From positions 15,554,861 through 15,618,860 of the forward strand of contig OZ316892.1 of assembly GCA_973895155.1 (NCBI GenBank): a stretch of 64,000 bases of DNA, read 5' to 3'. How positions within the stretch are numbered: position 1 is the stretch's first letter; each line of letters begins with the position of its first letter. The DNA is from Marsupella aquatica. Taxonomy: Eukaryota > Plantae > Marchantiophyta. Position numbers and translations under genes: made by a program. The notes under the pieces were generated by a model. That model did no database searches. It was given only the letters and a program-made list of their open reading frames with translations, and was not told the origin of the DNA. Positions 51,661 through 64,000 of this stretch are shown here, one piece after another.

Positions 51661-53153
51661 AGTCGTGGAACTCGACTACCTTAACACTTAGCTCCGGCGT
51701 CGCTGACTCCGACGCCGAGCTCCCTTATGGTCCAGGCCCGGATAGGCCATCCGGGGAGGACTTAGCATGGGGAGACTTGTGGGCAATGAGATGTGGCTCT
51801 GGCGAGGCAAGGGGCCCAGTCGGGGACACACACTAAGGGCTTGGACTAGCCTATGGCTGGTCGGGTCAAGGGCAAACGAGCCGGACTCAAGGATGGTCGT
51901 CCGGACTATCGGATGGGCTTTGGGTTTTGAGGGCTTGGGAGTGAGCTCCTCTTGGGCCCAAGGCCAATGGAGTTGACGCCATTGGCAACGGACGCTTGGG
52001 GCGCAAGTTGTGGCCCGATCCGGGTTGGGCTGGTCGGGGGCCCTGAGCGGCAATCAGACCTGAGGGCCTAGGCATGAGCACTGGGTCGGCCCGGTCACAA
52101 CAGGCTAAGGCACTCCGCTTGCGGATGCCTATCAAGAAAGTTATGGGCGTTGCCAGTTGGTGGCGCGCCCATTATGCGCGATGGGATCCGGGTTGGGGGC
52201 CAAATGTTTAGGGACCAAAGTTGGTCCGGGGGTGGCAGGTCTCCAGAAGCATATATGAGGGGAGTGGTGTCTCCCTGGGGGCTAAGGCAGAGCCGAAGTC
52301 GTGAGCCGCGGCGGTCGCAACACTAACGGAAACCGCCAAACGGAAATGGCGATATCTTCCCAACGGGAAGTCCGTTGAAGGACTTCTTGGGTGCGTTGGA
52401 AAGCTCTTGAGGAGGGCTTTGCCCTCCTGAGCTCAGATGGGTCCGGGGGTGCCATGGGTTCTTGTGGTTTGCGGGTGTTAGCTGGCCCGCTTGCCAAATC
52501 CTGCCGAACAGCAGCCAAGCCGCGTTCAGCCTCCCAAGGGAGCTTGCATTGGGGAGGCAAGGCCAAGTAGGTATGGAGGCTGAGTCCCAAGGGCGCTCGG
52601 TCCCTAGACCATCAGTGGGGCAAACTGGAAGCAGTTGTTAGAGTCGGGGCCGTTCTGGTCCCGACGTGTTGAGACTAGCTTGGGACAAGCTTTAGGACAA
52701 GCTACGCTACTTGGGCCATGAGCATGTCCTGAGGTTAGGGCGGTCAGTTGGTGATGGATAGGTACAAGGGGGAACCCAGGCCACGCCCAAGGAAGGAGCT
52801 GTCCTGGATGGACAATGGGCGTGGGTTCTGGTTCCGGCTTATGGCATCGGGAGGACCTATTGCTGATCTATTTACCAACGTGTGTTGAGCTTGAGTTAGG
52901 AGGCTAGACTTGGCAAGTTCTAGATCCGGAGGGGTTACTTACCGAGGTGCTTGGTTGCTTGTGCAGACTGTGAGGACCGTTGAGTAGCGGTCGTGTAGGT
53001 GAGCAAGTGCGCTTCGTATGGGAGGGGCCGCAAGTAGTGATAGAGGCACTGGGATGCTTGATCGAGGTATTCCGTGGAGGCGTTCGGGCACTAAGGGCAC
53101 TTAGGCGCAAGTGTTGGGATTGGTGAGGGCGCTGGGTGGCGAGGTCCACCACT
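51661..53153 (-). mobile_element. Solo-LTR-like element, copy 2 (1493 bp, AGT...ACT ends, TSD CACAA)
   Basis: CACAA at 51656-51660 and 53154-53158; imperfect terminal inverted repeat AGTCGTGGAACTCG...CGAGGTCCACCACT. Confidence 0.88.
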
Positions 53154-54289
53154 CACAATAAGGAAATAGGTAGATGTGCTGCCAGGATAAATACCTATGT
53201 AGGGGGGATTTAAGGGCCTTTTTTAAGCAAGTTTTTAGTGTACCGCAAGGCTGGGATCAATTAGTAAGAGAAGCTCACGATTAGTTATACAGTGACTCTT
53301 GTGTATATTCATGTTTCCTCATGCCTAAAAGCTGAATAGAGTTGACCTTCTGGCTTAGTTTGCAGATCTTGTGTATGAGAAGTACTCTTTGTATGATAGT
53401 TGCACAGTATAACTCAGTCAGTAGGAGTCATTTTTCTAATTGTGTGTCGCATCAACTTGTGTGAAGATCGCCCACATCAACTACAAGAGAGAATGGAAGT
53501 AAGAGAAGTAGCAAAAAGCAGTAAGAGTTGGATGTGTCGAGCTGAGAGAAATCTTAGCGGCTACCCAAGCCGATTGGGCATCATTCCGGGGGCGGAATCC
53601 AAACATACCTGAAGGGAGACCAACAAAAGAGAATAAGGAGAGGCCTAGAGTAGGCCGGCTACATATCTCATGAACCGATGAAGGATTTGTCTAGTATATG
53701 TGGGTAAAAAGTTAGTAAAGAGATTTAGCAGTGTCCCATGCCGATAAGCCGCGGAACCGGCCTTGGCAAGAGCGAAACCAGTGGGAATTGGCTTGTTCAG
53801 CACGGGTTCTTGGGTTTAGAGAGCCATAGGACGCACCACATCTACCCATGGGTGAAGGGATAAATAGTATCATACCCTCCATAACTCCACAAGTACAAGA
53901 TAGGGGATGAGGCAGATTGGAGAAAAGGAAGGTGAAAATAAAGAAAATAATAATAAGGCTACAAGAGGGAAAAAGAGGAGAAAATGAACACCCTTGCTTT
54001 TTTTAGGGGAGGGGGCAAGAAGGGAGAGACAGCCCAAGAGAAAGGGGAAGAGGAGGCCATGAGGAAGAGGGGGGCGGGGGGGGAGGGGGGGATGTCACCC
54101 TCCACCTAGGGTTGTGTGAATGTGTGCTTATATTGTTATCAGCTATTTCCCGTGCCACTTTTGCAACAATGTTTTTTGACATGGACATTTATTACGCAAT
54201 GTACAAGTATTGAACACGACCACCACAACTGCATGGTTAGGATCACACATAACATGTCTCAATAATTTACATTGCAAAATCTATATTTT

Positions 54290-54880
54290 CTTGCATGGCT
54301 TTGACATATTTTCTCATTTTAGCATCTTTTTATCACCTTGATATTTTTCTCATATTTTCTCTCATCAACATCTTTTACTAACCTCAACATTGTCTTCTTG
54401 CCTTGACATCGTTTAATCAACTCGACATCTTTTTATCAGCTTCACATTTTTTCTCCCCTCCATATCTTTTCTCCCTTGACTTATTTTGTAGTCCTCAACA
54501 TCATTTTCTCTCCTTGACATTTTTTCTCACCTCAATATTTTATCTTTATATCATCTCACCATCTTTTTCTCACGTTTACATTGTTTATCTCATCTTGCCA
54601 TTTTTTCACATTGACATTTTTATTTCATCACAACATCTTTTTCCCTCCTCTACATCTTTTCCTCACTTTAACATCTTTTTTCATCTTGGCATTTTTTCTC
54701 CCCTCGACATCTTTGTCATCTCGATTTCTTTTATCTCATCTTGACATCTTTTTTTCACCTTGACATCTTTATCTTTTCACAACAGATTTTTCCCTTTGAC
54801 ATATTTTCCTCAATTTAACATCTTTTTTCTCTCTTTGATATTTTTTCTCACCTCTACTTCTTTTCTGCACCTTGACATCT
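54290..54880. repeat. Pyrimidine-rich degenerate repeat (cttgacatcttt-like units)
   Basis: Recurrent ttgacat/acatcttt followed by T/C runs; very few G on the + strand. Confidence 0.7.
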
Positions 54881-54976
54881 TGTGTGTACCACACATGAAT
54901 GCGACTAGTTAAGGTATAATAAGTGATTATAGGGTCTTAGTGCATGAATCTTTTACAAGGGCAAGTGTGGTTTAAG

Positions 54977-55381
54977 GAAACGCACCAAATAGCACATGTA
55001 TGAATCTGGCCCCGTTACGTTAAGAGTGACTTTATTCTCCTCAACAGTTTGCCTCAAGATTCCAGAGATATCTATTCCAAACACCACACATAACTGTAGG
55101 GCACAGCCCACGTTGTGCTCAAAGCGGTGAGGCGGCCGCATCCAGGAAGTCAGCGACTAACTTCTCGCTGTTGAGAAATGCGCACCAAATAGCACATGTT
55201 CATATCTGGCCCCGTTACGTTAAGAGTGACTTTATTCTCCTCAACAGTTTGCCTCAAGATTCCAGAGAAATCTATTCCAAACACCACACATAACTGTAGG
55301 GCACAGCCCACGTTGTGCTCAAAGCGGTGAGGCGGCCGCATCCAGTAAGTCAGCGACTAACTTCTCGCTGTTGAGAAATGC
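54977..55381. repeat. 200-bp near-perfect tandem duplication upstream of the AspAT gene
   Basis: cgcaccaaatagcacatgt...cgctgttgagaaatg at 54981 and 55181. Confidence 0.95.
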
Positions 55382-55532
55382 AATCGGTGTGAAGGTCGAG
55401 TGATCTTTTTCTCTCTTTCATACCGGTGGAGGCCAGTCACTCCATTGGAGTTTGGGAGCAAGTAGTAGAGTCGCTTGGAGAAGTTGGCAGAACCTCGAGA
55501 CATTAGAACCCTAAAGTTTTTTGCCTTGAAAG

Positions 55533-58994
<3,462 letters not shown>

Positions 58995-61473
58995 GTAGCG
59001 ACGCCGTCCTTGCGACATCACTTTTTCTTTCGGTTTTGTCCAGTAACTGTTGAGGTTTCCGTTTGGTTTTGGATCATCACGAGTTGTATTTCTCAGTTTA
59101 CTTGGATAAGGGCCCTTTCTTGCTTAGAAAGTAAATTATACGGCTGTGGCTCAACTCCCGTGACTAACTCAGGACCTTGCAGGTACCGCCTGAGCCTAAA
59201 GTGGACGCACATGGCAGGTATATGCAAACGTGGAATTTTAGTAGTTTTGGCAGTGATTCAATTGAAGAATCTACAGCATTTTGTTGTTTTGTCTTGGAAC
59301 AGTGTTGGTGGGTAATTGACTCCTTGTCGAGGTGCTGCTTTTGCAAACAGTCGTGGTTGTAAATTTTGACAAATATCTGTCACTTTGTTTTTGTCACTTT
59401 GTTTTTGGCAACTAGACCAGGGCCAGCCACCGTGCAACCCCCAGCTCGCCGTCGAGTAAAGTGGAATTAGGGGAATGCCTGATTTGAGATTCTGTGAAAG
59501 TTGACCTCGTTCCAACGCAGTCTCGGCAAGAAAGACCTTCTCATTGAGCTGGTATTTTCTTCCCAAGCAGGAGCTTGGACGTGGGTTTTGACCTACTGTC
59601 TTTGTTATTTTATCAGAGGTTTAGTCACATTTCTTACTTCAATGGCCAAGACGTCTAATGAGACTGGAGTTTTCAGTGGACATTGTACACAGATCGAGCT
59701 TACCGCTAATAGGTGCAATAAACTTGCGTCGCAGGCATTCGCTGCTCAGTGGTGCGATTCCGTGTAGACACAGTCGACTTCCGTGAGTTTGTTGTCAGCA
59801 CTTCTGAAGGATCCAATGGGTTCATGGGTTGCTTCAGTGCGTAGGGCACGTGTACAATAGAGAGAAACCGTATCTTGACCTGAACAATCATCATCCATTG
59901 AAAGTGTCGATCTCACTGGTGGAATTATTTAGAAATCCAATGCGACGGAACGGTCAGCGTAAAGGCATGGGATTCAATTTAACTGCATCATATCAGATTG
60001 CTGTTCTTTGCATGACTTTATTGACATTCGCAGGCCTACTGTAGACCAGCAACAGGCTGCCGTGGAGTCAGTCTGCTACAACTGCCATTGTACTTTTTAT
60101 GCCTCGAAGGTGAGATGTAAGCCACCAATGAGTTGGCATTGAAGGGCACAGTCAATTTCTGCTTGATCTACAAGCAGGGGTCATGACACTGAATCACCGG
60201 TATTATAACAAGGAAATTTAGGAAATTGCTGAGGTTCTTCTAGTTCGGCCAAACTAAAAGGGTTTTGCGCTATGAAGATCGGAAGATGAGACAGATGGCT
60301 GTAATTTTGACTTTCAGGTTACAGACTTCCACAAGATTTTGTGAATCTTGAAAACTGCTGTGCAGTCTATTTGGGCCTGTCACAGCACTGCCCTAAGCAA
60401 GGCCTTAGGGCTGTGACTTTTTGAACTTGTGGCTTTTTGAACTTACCATCCTTATGAGGCATGCATTTTGGTAGCCTGTAGAGTTTGGCCTTAGGGCTGT
60501 GACTTTTTGAACTTACCATCCTTATGGGGCATGTATATTGGTAGCCTGTAGAGTCTTTGTCCTGGTTGGGAAAGCTCTTTGTCTTCAGACGGAACTCAGG
60601 TACCGCGTGCTTTGACACTTGCTTTTAATTGGGGCGAACTGTAACACAACTCGTGGAAGGAAGTTGGCAGAGTGCAAACATACAGTCCCAATTTCAGCAC
60701 ACCGTGCTTCAAATATCACTAATCCGTGGCACAATTTGTCAATGTAATAAAGAAACGTTGAATACACTAATTTATAGTAAAATGCATTCTAATCGCACGT
60801 AGGATATTGGAGGGTGAATGGGTCGCCTATAATGCCTTATGACGAAGATGATTGGGTTCATTGTATTTGTAGCTAGCGTTGACTGAAGCCAGATATATGC
60901 AGATTTAGTAAGACAAGTTGAAATTCCATCAGCAATTGGGACAAAGAGAAGCAATTTTGTAACGTCGAAAGTCTGGAACAGCAGAATGAGGGTGAGAGTA
61001 AAGTCACAGAGAGAAGATCAATTAATGTTGACATTATTGTTGGAGCCATTATTGTCAAAGAAAATGGATGATTCTAGCTTTGGGAGTCTTTCTCCCATTC
61101 TACTAACTGTAACCTTTGAAGATCCTCACAAAGTGTACCAAAAGTTGAAAGGTGCACTGGAATCGCATGATCAATGCAGAGGTGAAGAGTTCAATCTCTC
61201 AGAGTTCTCATCCTTTCTGGCACCCTTTCTCGGTCTCAGCTCGCCCACAGTCATCATTCCAGTCTCATTGTTCTCGTTTTTTCTCGCCTTCTTCCTTCTT
61301 GCTTCTTAGTCTTCATCCCTTCGTCAATGCGTACAAACTTTCGTTCATTCATTGTCCAGAATCTTCATTTATAAACTTGTCTACCTAAACTTCCACACTT
61401 AAGTCATGTTCAAATCTTGTATGGCTAATAATAGTGCAGGCCATATTCCAATATTTTTTCTGAACGCGTGCCA

Positions 61474-61593
61474 CCTTGATGCCAATCTTGCATTCAATCA
61501 ATTCAGGTTCAGCAATTTGTCAAGAACCCCGTTCCTTGATGCCAATCTTGCATTCAATCAATTCAGGTTCAGCAATTTGTCAAGAACCCCGTT
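61474..61593. repeat. 60-bp exact tandem duplication
   Basis: ccttgatgccaatcttgcattcaatc...aagaaccccgtt at 61474 and 61534. Confidence 0.95.
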
Positions 61594-61769
61594 TGTTTCA
61601 AGATTTTATGTAACTAAAATGATAACTAAAATGGTAAATAAGACTGTTATGTCACATAAAGATTATAAGGGTATGATGCTCTCATTTTTACCAAGAACTT
61701 GCCATAAACATGAAATGAATAGTTATTTTTATTTGAAAACAAATATGTTCTTGTTTGCAGTGGGTCTTG

Positions 61770-62150
61770 ATGACATGGCACATTGTTAAGTCACAAATTT
61801 TGGAAGGGACCTCTAATGGGGTCAGTAAAAAATCACCTGAAAAGATTGTATTTAATAAGTCAAATAAAAATAGTTAAAACCTTGTAAATGTAAATTGAAA
61901 ATTGAAAATTGAAAAATAACATTTCAAATAAACAAAGAAAGGGACTAAAAAGAGTTAAAATAACATAACCTTTGGATGGACATGGTTAATATATCAATGT
62001 TTTCTGTAATTGTATGAGTTTTTTTAATTAACAATTTTTGGAATAACTATGAGTAGAAAAACTTTTTCCAGTACATTGTATGAATTTTCTTTACGGACCC
62101 CACTAGAGGTCCCTTCCAAAATTCCTGGCACCACAGCGTGTCACGTCAAC
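61770..62150. mobile_element. MITE-like inverted-repeat element
   Basis: aattttggaagggacctctaatggggtcagtaaa (~61796) is inverted at ~62090-62123 (tttacggaccccactagaggtcccttccaaaatt), with degenerate outward extension and an AT-rich interior. No TSD found. Confidence 0.6.
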
Positions 62151-64000
62151 AACAACCGCAACAAACAAGACTCGTCGGTTTTGCGAATCAAATTTATAGT
62201 TTTCATTAGTGTTTGTGTCAATTTGGGTGTAAATTTTGGGACGTCGTGCCATAAAAAGAAAAGTAAAAACATTGGAAATACAAAGAGCAAGACTGTTAAA
62301 GCTGTCACTATGTAACCGTTTTAGTTACACTTCCAATTTTAAAACTTAAATTCAAAGATTTATAAAAAGTATTTTCATATAATAAATAATGACTAATAAC
62401 TAACTTGATAATTTCCTTGTTAAACCGCAACTCCCGGTATGTAAGGACCTCTCGTATTGTACGCCCATTAATGCTGGGAAGAGCACATAGAAACCCAGGA
62501 TCGGGGAAGAGGAATGGTTGGAATCTTGAAAGTTCATCGAATTTTATACTCAAAACTATTTACTCATTCTCAAAACAAAAATACCCAGTTGTAGATCTCA
62601 TTGAGATCTTTCTTTTGCACCCTAGATTTCCTTCTAACATGGATGAATAAGATTTCTAGAGGCATTACAAAATGGACGGCAAAGATCGTAAAATCAACAA
62701 AATCGACGGCTAGGAAGGCTTGGATTTGTTTAATTTTTCATTTGAAAAATATTAACCCATTTGCAAAATGGACAGAACCCATCCATAGATCTATTTGAGA
62801 TCTTTCTTTTGAGCAAAAGATTGGCCATTATGATGGACGGACGAGATTTCTGGAGATAAGAAATGGAGACGGCTCAGATCGACTCTTCCCCCTGATTTTA
62901 TTAGCCAAGGGGTCCACAAACTAATTTTAATTAATAATTTTTGGAATAACCATGGGTAGAAAGAAACTCTTCAACTATTTTAACATTTATGAAGATAATA
63001 TAAGAAACCATTCAATTACTATGGAAAAAAAACACCAATGAAACATAAGAAACACTTTTAATTATTATGGGTAAAAGAACACCAAAAGAATGTAATAGCA
63101 TTTTGCATGGACTGTGAGTACCAAGGGATCTCCATGAATATTCTACTCATTTTCTTCCCTCTTCTCCATATTCAAACCTATTGCAATGTGCAAATCTTAC
63201 ATAACCTCGAACTAATTCTACAAACAATTTCACTATATGAAAGATATCATTTATCACTTAGTGGTCATTTAGGGATCTTACTTGGTGACTTAAGCATTGT
63301 CACTACATTAAAAATATCATTTACCACTTAGTGTTCATGTAGGGACCTTAGTTGGTGATGTGAGCCTTGTCACTACATAAAAAATATTATTTATTAATTC
63401 TTTTAAGGGAAATCTGTGAAACCCTGCAGAAAGGGAAGAGTCGGCCACAATAGTTCAACCCAAGACCTATCAGTCTCTACTCAAGTGAACTACCACAAAG
63501 TCATGCCTCTCTGGGCAAATTTGATTCTCTTTCAACTTAGTCTTCTTGATTTTCTTGATATTGTAGAAAAGTGGCAGACCTATTATTATAGTTTTTATAT
63601 GAATGTTAGGGTGAAATATTCCCTTGGTCGTTAATTATGATATTTATAATAATTGCTTGATCCTAATTGTTGGTGCGTGCTGGTACAGGTGTTAGTTTTG
63701 ATATTCATGATTACCTTAGCCCATGGGCACGTCGTTCAGTTTCCAGTGTGGCCGACCATTCTCAGGAAAAGTTATCATGCAATCAAAAGTGCAATAACTA
63801 CACATGTCAGGTTGAGAGCCCCCATTAAAATTCTACATTCTACCTTTGAATCTGATTCAGGACTCCTTGAAAGAACGCTTATGCAGCATGTGCCACTGCG
63901 TGAAAAGAAAAAAACTACTATAGTTTAAGTGACATTGATGTGTTGGGGTCACAGAGAAACATTGTCAGTAAGCCAGAGAAATTGATTGCCGTCAGAGTAG

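Larger units (their letters stand above)
45558..53872 (+). mobile_element. Second ORF-bearing solo-LTR-like element (older; ~4.7 kb net of nested insertions), TSD TACCC
   Basis: TACCC at 45553-45557 and 53873-53877; ends TATCACGCC (decayed TGTCACG?)...GTATCA; TATAAG near 45936. Decayed ORF homologous to 32671-35251. Confidence 0.6.

Noticed and set aside
54040-54110. G-rich tract followed by TGTCAC (PPT plus LTR start, or G-quadruplex)
   Set aside because: No downstream LTR similarity to any element in the window; low-complexity sequence explains it.
60960-61310. Possible coding fragment downstream of AspAT
   Set aside because: Short and broken, with no recognisable family.

Overview
Eukaryotic DNA, most likely from an early-diverging land plant (bryophyte-like; inferred from gene and TE content only). 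Positions 1 to ~54 kb are a deeply nested transposon island; ~55.5-59 kb is an intron-rich mitochondrial aspartate aminotransferase gene. Nesting reconstructed from termini and target-site duplications (TSDs): (1) A CACTA/En-Spm element (right end ...TTCTAGTG at 14158, left end not in the window) has TnpD- and TnpA-like genes. Upstream lie probable cargo genes: an EDM2-like triple PHD cassette, a BRCT protein and a Cys-rich ORF. It cuts the integrase of (2) a minus-strand Ty3/Gypsy element whose pol carries a complete but decayed DNMT3-like C5-cytosine methyltransferase between protease and RT. That element abuts (3) an intron-containing ParB-like (DGNHR) pseudogene. (4) A sister Gypsy copy lacking the PR-DNMT segment runs divergently and holds three L1 LINEs. 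(5) Two ~4-5 kb TG...CA units with 5-bp TSDs, no gag/pol and one homologous long ORF look like protein-coding solo LTRs; one holds a fourth L1. (6) Two solo-LTR-like copies have non-canonical AGT...ACT ends. Domain calls come from motif recognition by eye; no searches were run.
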